A stretch of 64,000 nucleotides of DNA from Vicugna vicugna (lineage: Eukaryota). Under the pieces are notes generated by a model. That model was not told the DNA's origin. It saw only the letters and a list, made by a program, of their open reading frames with translations, and did not search any database. Position numbers and translations under genes: made by a program. Positions 48,544-62,150 of the stretch are shown here, piece by piece. Every line of letters begins with the position of its first letter. Within the stretch, counting starts at the first letter, position 1. The stretch is taken from assembly GCA_013265495.1 (NCBI GenBank), contig MU058387.1, forward strand, positions 248,001-312,000, given 5' to 3'.

Positions 48544-51500
48544 AGAAGAAAAAAAGTAGAAATTGTGCTTTCTTTCCTTTCCATTAATTAGATTCCAATG
48601 TAGAAAAAAATTCTCAGAAACACCGGGCTTTTCGCAATCTCTATCCCATGAGAAGAATCACTGAAATTTAGAAGGTGGCAAGCCTATAAAAATTTTGACC
48701 TTGAGGTTAAAACAGTGGGTCTTAGAAGTTGTTTCTTGGGTTAATAATACTACCTTACAATTGTGTAGACTTTTCTGCTTAGTTTGACCCTAGAGTCACC
48801 CTTAGATGTAGATAAGGCAGCTAATCAAAGTCTCAAGTGGCAAATGAAGAAACAGGTTCAGGGAGATGAAATGATTTGTTTGAATTGTTCAGCAAATCAA
48901 TATAAAAGTCTGAACTGGAACCTGGATGTCTTCACTCAGTGCTTGATTTTTATGGGTGAGCCATGAATCTCCCAAATAGGTGTGACAACTAGTTTATAAG
49001 TTTTTGACAGGAAATTTGACCTTCTGTTTAAAACCTGGGACCAGTAACCTTGAGGGCTGAGTTGCTTAACCAGAGAGACGTTTGTGGGGCTGAGGAAGGA
49101 AGGGGAATACCTATTATAAAACATACTTGAAAGCACTGGAAAATGTATGTGGGTTGGAAATTAGATCCCCATGACAGACAAAGGGCATTGAGAACATAAG
49201 AATTTAAAAGGAATGAAAGAATAGAATCCAAAAGTTGCTGAGAGTGCTCCTGGGAATATGATTTATGGCAAGAAACATAAAAGGCCCATAACAAACAACA
49301 GAATAAAAAACAGTGGTTCCCAACTGTCAGGCCACAGAAGAGACCCGCTAACTGCCAGAGACCCCTCTGAGGGATTTATTAAAGACAGTAAGATCGGAAG
49401 TCCTGTACAGGGGATTTTTGACTCAGCAGATCCAGAGTAGAGTCCCTTGGGAGATTCTGATGCTCCGGCAAGTTTTGTCATGATTGGCTCAAAAGAGGTA
49501 TAAAGTTGTGCTAGTGGTTTACCAGGGTTTCTCCCAAGTCAGACACTTCCTGCCCTCATCAGATCTGACCTACGGTTGCCTAATATCCCGCTCAACCAGG
49601 GCCCACGGGATGTCAGATACCCAGCAGACAATGATGGGGAAACTGAGGCTGAGGGTTTGGTTCAGTTCCTCTCACATCATGTACAGATACAAAACTACCT
49701 GGGATATTTTTTCTTTCTTATGGACAGTGTTTTTAGGATATTTTCATCTCTTTTTCACTAGGCCATAGAGCCTGGGGTGGTACCCTTGGTTTGAATATGA
49801 TATCAAACAGTCAGTTGGCAAAATTGTAAAATCGGAAATATGTAGAACTTTTCCGTGACCCCTTTTAATGCAGCTCATCGATCAAAACCCTCTTCAGCCT
49901 GTGCTGGGATACCCAACAGGCAGACACAGCAAGTGTAGAGGACGCAGTATAGCAGGATGAATGAATTAGCTCAAAAAAGAAAACGGAATACTGTTGGCCT
50001 TCGGAATGGATGAGATTTCTTTAATAGTTACATCATTCATTCTGAATTACAGATGACAGAGGTGCCAGAATCTTGTCAGTTTCTTCGGCTTCTTAAATAG
50101 CCTAATCAAATGTCAGCTCGCAATCAGTCACTGCATCTTGTGGATCTCTCTCTCTTTTTTCAACTACTGTTTATGAGTCCAAAGTAGTTTCACTCATTCC
50201 AAAATTAAAATTGCCCTGAATAGGATTTAATAAACAAATTAGCCTGGAAGACATGCCACAGACTACCTCTTCCAGGGGCGTTTGCTTTCTTCTCTCCAAC
50301 CCCAGAATTTTAGACGTAAGTGACAAGTCCACGGTACAGCTATTTTGAGGTCCTATTGCTTTCCAAGTTCTCCTCAAATTACACTCAAAGACAGCTGTCT
50401 ATCTTAGCTATTCTTGAAGCCACTTTGGAATGCTACAGCAAACAAATGAGAAAACTAGCAAATTAAAAAAAAAAACACACACAAGTGTTGATCTCAGTTT
50501 TTTCTTCAGTTTTTAGTTTTTCCTTCTGCTAATGAGCCAGCTTAGGCTGTGTGTTGGTTTATTAAATGCTTAAATCTCTCCAGTTAAAGCTATTGGCTGC
50601 ATTGTTAATTATTAACCACCTTCAATATTCCTTTTCCAAAAATTTGAAATGATTTATTAGTTCAAATAATGATCTAGGGACTTGAAAAATCTGAGAAAGC
50701 CCTAATGCTTTGACATTCTTCAGAACGTGTAGTCTACAGAGCCCATCTCTCCTGTAATTTTTGTAGTATCCATAATTTCACTGGAAACCACAGCAATTTA
50801 TCTTGTAGATTTTCATCACCTTTGCCTGCTGGTCCCAGTCATAACAAGAAAACAAAAATTAGAAGATTTAACTTGGTGTTAAGAAGCTCAAAAAAGTGCA
50901 TGGTATGGGATTACAGAGAGAGTCATATTTTTAAGAAATTTTCTCTTCTCCTCCCCCCCACTCCAGAGCAATGTGGCTTTACAATCAGGAAAGAAGGCAG
51001 TTAACATCTCACTGTTGCATGGAATGAAATTTCACTGTAAATATTAATAAGAGAATAAATTTGGATCCTGGATCTTAAAGTTTCGGAATCTGTCCAAAAA
51101 AGAGTTAGCAATGGTACAATAGGTAATATACTCTAATGGTGGCTAATTAGCCCCTGCTTTGGAATTTCAGTTCCCGTAGGATGTCTCTAATGATTATTTT
51201 CCACTACCGTCACCTGCAGAGGCTTGTATAACTTGAAGGACTAAATGTGAGGAAACCAGCTCCTTCCAGACTCTCTGACTTTATTATTATCAATGAGTTT
51301 TTTTTTTTTAAATAAAGGCAATGAAGCACCTTTTCCCAGTTCAGATCTGAGAAAATATAACAAGGTATTTCAGATGTGTTCATACACATGCTCCTTCCAA
51401 GACACACACCACTGGAAATGGTTAACAAATTTCACCAAGAAACAGTCCTCTGTAAAGAAGATTGGAGAGCCTAACAAGGATGGGAGACAGGCACACCTTT

Positions 51501-53729
51501 TGTCCAGTATGTACAATGGAATTTGCGTCTTTAGATGGGGGCGGGCTAACCTGGTTAACCAGCATCCCTATAATTTACGGTAGCTGTCTTTAATGAGGCC
51601 ACTGAGAGATCTGGGAATGTATGCAGAAAGCAGGGTGTGTGGAATTCGTTCTGTAACAGAAAGCAGAGGTCTCTAAATGTAGGTTGGGAAGACAGAGAAG
51701 GGTATAGTAAAAATTAGCATAACAGCCACATCTATAGAAACAGTCTTTACTTCTGAGCTTTCGTTAAATCAAACACTAAGTGGCAATTACTGAGACACAA
51801 TAGGCACATTCAGACTCTGACAACGCTCAACCGTTCTGGGCTTTTACAAACCATTTGTCCCAAGTCATGTGATGTCCCCATCACATGAGGCGACTGTTAC
51901 ACCGCAGGCTTCAATGCCATGTGGAACAATCCAGAGTTCTTGAAAGGCTCAATTATTCCGAGGTAATTCAAGACATCTCTATTGAGGCATCTAGCATTCA
52001 ACGTGTGTTTAAATAGACTCTTGGGTCCTGAAAAGCATAAATGCACGCAATGTGCGAGTCGCCGTCCGTTTCAGAGGGAGTAGGGCCCACTTCCTGATTT
52101 AGAATTGTTCGACTGTGAGCATACACACAGGATAATGTGCACAATGAAAAACCTGATGCTATAAATATTTATTACACAAAGGGGTTCAGAGAGGCCTGCC
52201 CTAAGGAACTGAAAAATAGGCCAGCAGAATTCACTGCAGCCTTTGACGGTTTTCTTTTTTCTGTCATGGTGCTCAGTGTAGACTGACTCCAAGCAATTAA
52301 TGAAATGTTTCACAGTCATATGGGGTTGCTCAGCTGTTACATTTGTATTTGGCCAACTTGGAAACTGAGGCTCGGATATGAAACTGACTTGCTGTGCAAT
52401 GAGCCGTAAATTAATGATGCTTCCTAGAGGTTAAAAAAAAAAAGAGGCAATAAGCTGAAGTGGAGGAGCCCTCCCACCACCTGACAAATCACCATGATGT
52501 TTCTGCCCTTTGGCTCTTTTACCCACACGTGATCTGCATGCCATCCTTGGAAACGAGAGGCATCAGACACACTGGACAACGATTCACAGAGACCATTAGG
52601 AACACCCAACTCAGGAAAGGGTCATAGAGTGTATATATGTCTATCTGTATAGAGTGGCCCTTTAAAATGTCCAGACACAATCTTAGTAATGGTTTCTTCT
52701 AAATGAACACATACACGCACAATAGTTTCCCCACTGCTATCATCAGGGTGATATTAAATCAGGGTAAACTCTTTACGTGTCTGGGAAGAGCTGCACCTAA
52801 GATATGGGAAAACATTTCTAATGGCCAGGGCTTTGGTAGGTCTCATGATTATTTTTGACTTTAGATGCTAAGGAGGCACCAAATATATCACAGTCAGGAG
52901 TTAGGTAAGGGGAGTTCCAGGGGGCTGGGACCAAAAGTGTTACTAGTTGGTTCTCGGTAGTGATTGAGGCTGATCTAAGTGCCATTAGGTACTCTACACA
53001 CACCCTCTCCCTTCCACCTTCCTTTCCGTCTTTCCTCTAATCCCAGATCCAGGGTACATGTTCTTTCCTTTCATGTGAATCCTCGTTTATCTCCACTTCA
53101 GTCCAACTTAACTTAGCCATCAAGTCTCTGTTGAGCAGTTATGTGAGTAGGTAGTACTGGATAAATTGGTGGGATTTGGGGGTGGAATGAGGAGAGACAT
53201 GAGAGGGTTTTAAAAATATATTACAAAGCCTCTGGGAGACCTATAAGAACCATAAGAAATTCAAATAAAGACAGCATAACTAATTTCCAATGTGTGTGTT
53301 TGTGTGTATACATACGTGCGTGTGTCTCCACGTATACACAGACACACGTATAGAATAATTTCTTCAGTGATCAGATCAATATGCAACAAAATCCTACGAG
53401 GAGCCTATTTTTAACTCTGGCTTCCTGCAGAGACTGGAGGGCAGTTTTTCCAGAGCTTCCTCTAGCGCCCCCTGGAATTCATCCAAGGTCTTGCTGCTTT
53501 TCTCAGAGCATCAGCTTATTGATATTAATCCTCCCACGGCAAATTCTTCAAATCCGCCTTCCTAGTCTTAGGATTCTTACCTTGTTTCTTTTTCTTCTTA
53601 CCCTGAATGGTAATGATCTGGCTTAAACATAATCACTCAAGAAGCTTAAGAAAAAAACTTTATTATTATGAATACTGTCAGAAACATACAAAACACGGAA
53701 AACAGTAAAATACCACTCCCCTGCCCCCA

Positions 53730-53772
<43 letters not shown>

Positions 53773-53780
53773 CACACACA
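53730..53780. repeat. (CA)n microsatellite
   Basis: Directly visible. Confidence 0.9.
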
Positions 53781-53789
53781 TAACACCCT

Positions 53790-55050
53790 GCTTCAATAAT
53801 GTTCATGACCAAAATTGTTTCACTTTCTAATCCCTCAAATTCATTTGAATCAGATCTCAGATATTTCATCATTTCATGCAAGAATATATCAGTAAATATT
53901 TCAGAAAGGAATTTTTGGGATATAATCACATACCATCATCCCATTTAAACTTAGTATTCATTCCTTTATGTCATTTACTATTCTATCAAATTTTAAATCA
54001 TCCATATGATTTCATAAACTATTATTTTAAAGCTTGTTTGATTGAATTAGAATTAGAATGGGGTTATGTTGATCTATATCTCAAGTGTCTTTTAAAATAT
54101 CTCTCCCCACACCCTCTCCTGGTATCCCTTTTTCTTTCTCTCCCTTTGTTTCTGTCTCTCTCTTTCTTCCCTACTGTTCATTCATTGAGGAACTGGGTTG
54201 TTTCTCCTGTTTCTCACCATCTGGAGTTTACTGATTGTCTACTTGAGATGTTATTGTATGTTTACTCGGTTGCCTGTATTTTCTGAAAATAAATCGAGAT
54301 CCTCCATCAGTTTGAGGTTTGAGGTTTTTGAAAGGTAGAAGTCATACCGTGTTTGGGTGTCTCTCTTTTTGCGATGTTAGCAGTCACTAATGAACAATAC
54401 CTCGATTTATTATGTCAGTGGGAGCTGCAAAATGGTAAAATTCTAATTCTAACAGTCCTTCTTATTTGTTAGCTGGACTGTGTATCTTAAAAGACTCTCC
54501 TTCATTCAACTGATGTCTCACATTGGGGTACAATGTATAAGGAAAAATAAGGCTAAATGCATGATTGGGGTCACTTTCCTTTCTCACCAGTTTCCAAGAT
54601 AATGAATTGGTGGTCTAGCATCCTTCCATGGTGCCAACTGAGATGGTGTGTTTGTTTTGTATTTATCTTTTTTTTAGAAAGGAACCAAGAAACAGACTTG
54701 AATTCAGTTGTTTCTCCGGGAGGGTCTTGGTTCTTTTTCCAGGAAAATGTGATCGAGAGACTATAACCTGGTGCCGGTACTGCTAATTGCTACTAGAATT
54801 TTATGCATTTTTCAATAGTCAGAGCTAGAAAGTGTGTAATTTTTTAAAGATGCATACATTATGAATGATACAGGTCTTTTACTTAATCACATCAATCGTA
54901 TGCCTGTATCTCATTTTCTTACACTCCAAAAACCTCCATTCTGAAAGATATGAGTAACTATTCATTTACATCAGCTCAAAATGTGCATATAACGGTCTCA
55001 GAATAGAGCCCCCAGCACTTCCAGCACTGATACGATGACTGAAAACTGCT
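53790..55050 (-). mobile_element. Old L1 (L1MC/ME-like) 3'UTR fragment
   Basis: Motifs such as 'cagatatttcatcatttcatgcaagaatatatcagtaaatatttc' and 'ggagctgcaaaatggtaaaattctaattcta' resemble antisense L1MC 3' ends. Approximate. Confidence 0.55.
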
Positions 55051-55070
55051 GTCCTCTTAGGCACATAAAA

Positions 55071-55725
55071 TGTCTAATTTAACTCAAGCGGCCACAACAA
55101 GATACCAAAGAGTAGGTGACTTAGAAGACAAAGATTTATGTTCTCACAATTTTGGAAGCTGGGAAGTCCAAGATCAAGGTGCCAGCCAGTTCAGTTCCTG
55201 GTGAGAGCCCTCCTCCTGGCTTGTGGACAGACACCTGCTCGATGGGTTCCTAATGACAGAGAGAGGGGGATAGAGACACAGCTCTATTCATCATCCCCTC
55301 TTTATTTTTTTTTATTTAAGTATAGTCAGTTTGCAATGCCGAGTTAATTTCTTGTGTACAACATAGTGATTCAGTTACACATACATATATATTCCTTTTC
55401 ATGTCCTTTTTCATTAAAGGCTATTACAAACTATTTGAATATAGTTCCCTGTGCTACACAGTAAGTCCTTGCTGTTTATCTATTTTATATACAGTAGTTA
55501 GTATCTGAAAATCCTGAACTCCCAGTTTATTCCTCCACCCTACCCTTTCCACCCTGTCACTAATCCCATGATAACAAGGGCATTAATCCTATGATGAGGA
55601 CCCGACGCTCATGGCCTCATCTAAGCCTAATGATCTCACAAAGGCCGCTTCTCCAAATACCATCACATTAGGAGTCAGAAATTTATGAATTTTGGGGGGT
55701 GGGGAGCACAATTCAATCCATAGTA
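55071..55725 (-). mobile_element. MaLR solo LTR (MLT1A-like) interrupted by an L1 3' fragment
   Basis: 'tctcacaattttggaagctgggaagtccaagatcaaggtgccagc' before the insertion and 'ctccaaataccatcacattagg...attcaatccatag' after it. Confidence 0.85.
55300..55555 (-). mobile_element. Short lineage-specific L1 3' end
   Basis: T-rich start, then 'aagtatagtcagtttgcaatg...gaatatagttccctgtgctacacagtaagtccttgctgtttatctatttt'. Confidence 0.85.
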
Positions 55726-56448
55726 TATGATTACATTACTTCATTGTAGAGTCACTTTGAACAGATTCCCTGTTTATGCCATTAACTCAAAATATATATA
55801 ATTATATTATTTAATTTTGTTTTAGATCTTCAGGAGATGTTATTTGATTTAGTTTGGCTTTGTAATCATGTTAAATATTGTCATGCATCCAAACTGAATT
55901 CCACAAAACTAGATATCATAACAGAAGATTATTTTCAATCCTTATACCCTCTGTACTTTGTCTTCCCTCCACGTATAAAACAGTAAAAAAAAAAAAGTAT
56001 TGCTTATCCTTTTAGAGAACATATTTATAAGACATATTTTTAGGACCTACTTTTGATCTGCCAAGTTAGAGTATCCCTGAGTGAGGCCAGATTGAGTCTG
56101 GTGTGTATCTCTGATTACAAATCCTACTCACTCTTCTTCAATAATCTCATTTATTCCATGCTTCCAGTTATCACTTAAAAGCCAGTGACTCAAAAATCTA
56201 ACCTTCAGTCTCTTCTGGACAACAGATTATTGGAAACCCCAATAGAATTTCATCCTATTTTGTTACATTCAAAGTAATCTTATTTGCACAGGGTATCTAA
56301 GAGAACCTATACTGATGAATTCTTACAGGTCCTTGTTTCTTTCCTTTTTTCTTGCACTTATATCAATCCTGATGAAATTTCATCAACATTATTTCTCAAA
56401 GTCATTCTTCTCGTCTTCTATATTTATTGATAGAAACTTTGTCTGGAC

Positions 56449-56692
56449 CAGAGTTTCTCAACCTTGGCACTATGGACACTTGGACTAGATAACTCTTAGT
56501 TACTGTGAGGGGCTTTGCAGAATGTTTAGCAGCATCCCTGGCCTCAGCCCTCCAGGGGCTTGTATCAGCCTCCAAGTTGTGACAAGCAAAAATGTCTCCA
56601 GACACGGCCAGGTGTCCTGTGTGTACGGGGGGAGGGGGAGGGGTGGGGATGGGGTTGGAGGGGAAGGAGACCCTCCCAGTCGAGAACCCCGT
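56449..56692. mobile_element. MER20-like hAT-Charlie DNA transposon (MITE)
   Basis: TIR cagagtttctcaac ... gtcgagaacccc. Internal 'gaatgtttagcagcatccctggcctc' and 'gttgtgacaagcaaaaatgtctccagaca'. Degenerate 8-bp TSD gtctggac / gtctaagc resembling the NTCTAGAN target. Confidence 0.85.
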
Positions 56693-58977
56693 GTCTAAGC
56701 CTTCATCGCCGAACTCTTGGACTACTCGCAACCTCGTGCTTCTGATATCACCGATCTTCCACATCCTTGTGAAAGTTATCCCTGATGTTACCAATGATGT
56801 TCCTGTTACCCCCATACTTTAATTTTTTTCTCCTGGAAATACTCAAATTCCATAGGAGGCTCAAACCTGTTCTTCACTTGGATCCTCCCTATGGTCAGTC
56901 TCTCACTCACCTCCCTACTCCACTCTACATAGTGTCATTCCTTACTGTGGAGACAGCTGACTCGCCCCACTTCTCCAAATCTGCCATTTATTTCTGTTTA
57001 ATTCCTCCATATGCATACTTTTTCTTCAGCTGTATGCCACCTGTGCCTTCAGGTGGAAAACCTCTAATTGCACTTTAAGAGGAGTCTCATAATTTGTATA
57101 GTGAGTGAAGTTTTTCTTGTCACCCCACATCTCAATGTAATACCAAACAAATTGAATTGTAACCCTTTATTTATACTCTGTCTCCCTCATTTTTCTGGCA
57201 GCTCCCTGAGGGCAGGTGGATTTACTCACGGTGTTCAGCACAGTGCCCAAAAGAGTACCCACTTGTATCTTCACCTGCATCCTCCTAGAATGTTCTATGT
57301 CAGAAGAAGTAGAAAAAGAACTTGCGCAACAAAGTCATCCCTTTGAGGTTTGAAGGTTGTGGGTTTCAAGGGTGATGGACTGACTGCATGTGACCCAGAG
57401 TACAAGGTGAAAAAAAAAATACCACCCCAAACATTTCTTTCAGGGTTACATTTAACTTTTAAGTGCATTTTATTACTGCTAGAATTTAAAATAAAAGTTA
57501 GTCATCCTTAACAGAAAAAATGGCACCCATGGCATTTGTAGAACTGATTTCAGAGTGCCCCTGTGGTGTCAGCAAAGGTCTGTTCCTCCTGACAGCACAG
57601 CCTCTGATCTGTAACACTGAACCTCATCACTCACCTGTGCCTTTCAGGGGTGGCTGCCTTCTATTGGCCCACGCAGGCCCTTGCAAGGATTCAGGAGAGA
57701 GGATCAGGGCACTACTGAGATGCTGGCTCTGTTAGCACACCCGAAAAGAAGGTCGTTCTTGACATGGTAGATGGGAAAAATTAACTGTATTTGGTTCCAT
57801 TTTTAGACTGCATCTAGAGAAAGAACATTTGCGAAATTTAGAAACAAAAGTAAAAAGAAATAGGGATTGACCATTTGTTAAGAGCTATCTTTCTTGATGA
57901 AAATTTATTCTTAAATTTAGCCTTTGCTGTTCTTGGTGTGATAGTTATATAAGCTTCCCACATTCTAGACGAAATAGGAAGAAAAGGAAAGAAAAATGAA
58001 CACTAACTGAATATGTTTTATATGCCAGCAATAATGCTGCAAAGTGTATAATGTCTCTGTTTTATCTTAGTTGGAAACTGAGAACCCATGAGGTTAGAAA
58101 TAACTTTTGGACACCAAATGGTGTATCTTGATGTGTAATTCAAATATGACTCTTTCTGACTCTAAAGTCTATGCACACCTTAGTTACCTCTTATTTTTCC
58201 CTTTATCACTTTTGAGGTTTAAGAGCAGTTCTTTATTTCTATCTCGCTAGGGTTTAGCACACAGGCTTGTGTTCACTACGTCACAGGGGGAGAAATATCC
58301 CCTTCAATTGGTTGACTTTGATCTTCTCACTTGACTGGGGGTGGGGAAATCGGGTGAAGATTACTCAAAAAAATAAGTTCTAGTACTTGTTACCAATTAG
58401 GGAATCATGAGAATTAAGACACTCCTATTCAAATGCAAATATTGAAGGAATGGTTAAGACTAAAGTAGATTGTTCATTGAGAATGGAGTTTGTTTTCGAA
58501 TTATGACATTTTTTGAATTTTTGCTCACTGAAGGAAGCAGAAGACATTTCTATTAAGGGCAGAATCCAATCCTTACAAATCCTGTCCTGGTTCGGCACGT
58601 AGGACTAGGCAATGCAGAGCTGATGTAGTTTGTAAAAACAGGGAACCAAAAACTATTCTTGGTGAGAAAATATGACTTTAGGACTTGAGACGGTGAATTG
58701 AATCATTCTGTAGGGAGCGTTTTCACCCACCATGTCTAAAGAGAAAGGTGTATGAAAGGATATAGGGCCAAGGGAAAAATAGAAAATGAAGGGGTCTGAA
58801 GACCAAGATTCTTTTGTTTATTTTTAATTTGGGTAAAAGCTTGGTAAAAACAAATGCCAGAGTGTCTCTAAAAGTCGCCCATGTGATGTAACAATTTGAG
58901 ATACGGCCACTTTCCCATCTCCGCCGCTGTGTCATTGATACACTCTGCATGTAGCTGCTGATTCAAAAAATGTTTAA

Positions 58978-59150
58978 CAGCATTGGTTAATCTATCCCAT
59001 ATATCAGAATGATTTCAAATGCTTGTGAAAATTGCAGATTCCTAAACCATCTTTTGCTGAAGCAGACTATTTGACAAACACCCCCAGGAGTCTGTTTTTA
59101 GTAAGCCTTCCTGCTGATTCTCGAACAAAAATTCTTTAGAGCTTCTAGTT
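58978..59150. mobile_element. MER5-like hAT relic
   Basis: 'atcagaat...gcttgtgaaaattgcagattcct...ccccaggagtctgtttttagtaagcc...ctgattct'. Degenerate. Confidence 0.5.
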
Positions 59151-60417
59151 CAGTGGGTATCTTGTCCGGGCTATTCTAGCTCCATTATTTTCAAGGTAGA
59201 ACACTTAAACCTACATGACCTAGAGTTAGCCTCATCAGCACATACCCATTAGGAAACGGGAGAGGTTTGGAAAATTCCACTGGCTGTATTTACAGAGATC
59301 ATCTCATACCCAAGGAGGGAGTTAGTGGACTTAGGAATAGTTGCCCACATTAGGATCCAGGCACGCTCAGTAAGTCCACAGGTGACTGCCACAGTGCCCA
59401 GGAAAAACAGAATAACTCAACTGGGGAGAAATAGACTGACTCTTAAGTGCCAATCAACAGCAGCGAAGACTAGATTTGGAGGTAGTGGTGGAGATGGAGC
59501 CAAGATTTACTCCTGACACCACCCTTGGAGATTTATCTTTACTGCTTTATAAAAACAGCATGCGGAGTAAGTAAAGCTGGATAAAAGCAGAAACAGAGCT
59601 TCAGAAACAAATCGACCTTCCAAGAAATATATAGTGACCAAAATGAAGAGCTGAAGGCCAAGTCTCTTTCCATATGGACCCTGTGATTTCACAGAATTGT
59701 AAGCAGCATTTCTGTCGGGTTTGGATCTTCCTTACCATTGATGCCTGGTGTTGTATGACCTTTGGACTACATCAGTATAGACCAATGTCTCTAAGAAACA
59801 CTGTAGTTTATTTACCAAGAACACCAGTTCCATGCTAGCTTACACTTGGGAACAAAAAAAAGGTTCATCTACAAGAAATAGTAACAATAGTACTACAGCG
59901 TGTGATCACTGGCATGCCTACCAGTAACAGGCCAGGGAACAGTTCTCCTTTGATTCCATTCAGAATTTAATTTTGATGAAAGTCCCGTTGAATCATAATT
60001 AATGTGACAAATGCAAGATTTAACAAGCGCTCTGGGGAAGCATTTTAAATATCCAGTAGCTAATTAACTATTACTATACAATTTACAAAAAGCATCTATC
60101 AAAAACTTGAACCTCTGCTAGTAGGTATATCCATGTACCACATGTAGTAGCTGTTACATCATAAAATTATCTTCAATCATTTGCTGATTTTTTAAGATTT
60201 TTATTACAGTTAAATGATGCACCTAAGACAAAATTTTGCTTCGTTTAAAATGACAAGAGAAGACATTTAAAGTTTGATAAATGTTACTTTATAATACTTG
60301 GAATGTAAAACTGACTGGGTGTATAAAATGCTTATAAAATCCAAGCAGTTAAGGAAGTTTCCTCCAATAACTGGCTCTCTTTCCCAGTGTGGGAAAGCCC
60401 TAAGTTTAAGTGATACC

Positions 60418-60512
60418 AACAGACAGACAGACAGACAGATAGACAGACACAACATATATATATATATATATGTGTGTGTGTGTATACACACACATACATA
60501 TACATACATACA
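60418..60512. repeat. Compound (GACA)/(TA)/(TG)/(CATA) microsatellite
   Basis: Directly visible. Confidence 0.85.
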
Positions 60513-61934
60513 CTACCTTGGGAAAAAAATTCAAGCAGTGTCTCTGCCTTCTACATGCTACAAGTCACTATAATGAAAGATGCTTACAGTGTGTGTGTGT
60601 TGGGGGAAGGGTTTTTTAGCGCCTACTGTCACAGCATTTTCAGCATTTGAGAGCAAGAATTTAGTCTAGTTTGTCTTCATGGGCACAGCTCCTGACTTGT
60701 GCTGATTCATAGTTCATATTTAATAAACAATCCATATTCAATAAATATGTGATATTTGATTGACTAGTTCTCAATTTGTCAGTTATTATATCTGATGGTG
60801 CCATTCAGGCCACTGAAAAACTCACGTCAATGGAGAAAGCATTGATATGGCGGTGGCAGTGTTTAAGCAGATTATACACATAAACAAACTTCTCGTATCT
60901 ACCCTAACTTAGCTGTTTCAAAGTCTTTTTTTTAAGGATAAATGTTGATTTATTAAGCTTATAGCATGTATAAAGACCCTGAGGGAAAGGAGCTACATAT
61001 GTCACATTTACATCTCAAAATAGCCTTGCCCGGAAAGTATAATATCCCTGGTTTTATGGGGAAAGACACTTATATTCAAAGGGGCTAAGCAATTTGTCCA
61101 AGGTCAAAATCACTTAATTTAGGGGAAAAAAAATGACAGCAGGAGAAAATTACGATTGCATGGCCAGCCTAGAGTTCTCTTTATAGTCCATCAATTTCCC
61201 TTCTTTATGTGAGTATCACATTTCCAGGCTACGGTCCTGAAAAGAGAGGTCAAAGGAAGAGGAGTCCGTAATAAAGCAACCTGAGATTTTTAAAATTCAC
61301 TCTGACTTCAGCGGACGGCTCTCTCCCATCATGTGCTGTTCTCCTAAGTGAGCTTAACTGTTTGGGTTCCTGATGCCGCTTCCTTCGAATGCCCGAGCTC
61401 ATCTTCCCGTTACATCATCGATTCCTTTCCACCGTGAGTCTCTATGCCCCAGACCTCTACCCACTGCCCTGACTCTGGTCCATTTTTGCAACTTGGTTTG
61501 ATTTGTTTCTGTTCCTAACATTGATCGAGGCACCGACTACAATGAATTCAGCCTTCCCAGCTCAAGAGGAAGTCAGAGAGCCTTCCTCCCAAAACAAAAT
61601 AAGCCCCTGACTCACATCTTATCGCCCAGGGCATCCGATCCTCGTTCCTAATTTGGGGTCACTTGGAGGAAGCTCCGCTTCCACTCTGTTCTCTCCCTGA
61701 CATTTCACATGTAACCATCATGGTTCGCTTATGTTTTTTTCTCTCTCTTTTCCATGTGACTTCTCCCTCTTCCTGTACTAGTCACACAGTTTAAATTATT
61801 CAGTGTGATAGCAAAGCCCAAAGGAACAGGGCACTACTCAACAAAATAAGTTCATCCCCAGAAGGAACTTTCTGGAGTAAAACTGTGAGAATGGTAGGCA
61901 TTGGTATGGTCATCAAATAAACTACAACAAACAT

Positions 61935-62150
61935 TTGTTCTGTGACTTACTAGATGCCTGGAAAGTTGCTAAGTACTTTCTCTGCATTATCTCTTTTAAG
62001 TTTCACAATAACTTCCAGAGATACCATACTTCTGTTTTTAAAATGTGGAAAATTATAGCTGAAAAAATGTTGATCATCCACGATTGCACAACAGAGTCAG
62101 AATTCAAAGTATGTTTATCTGAATCTCAACGTAAAGCTCTTGGCCACTGA
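61935..62150 (-). mobile_element. MIR fragment
   Basis: 'tgctaagtactttctctgcattatctcttttaagtttcacaataact...agagtcagaattcaaa'. Confidence 0.6.
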
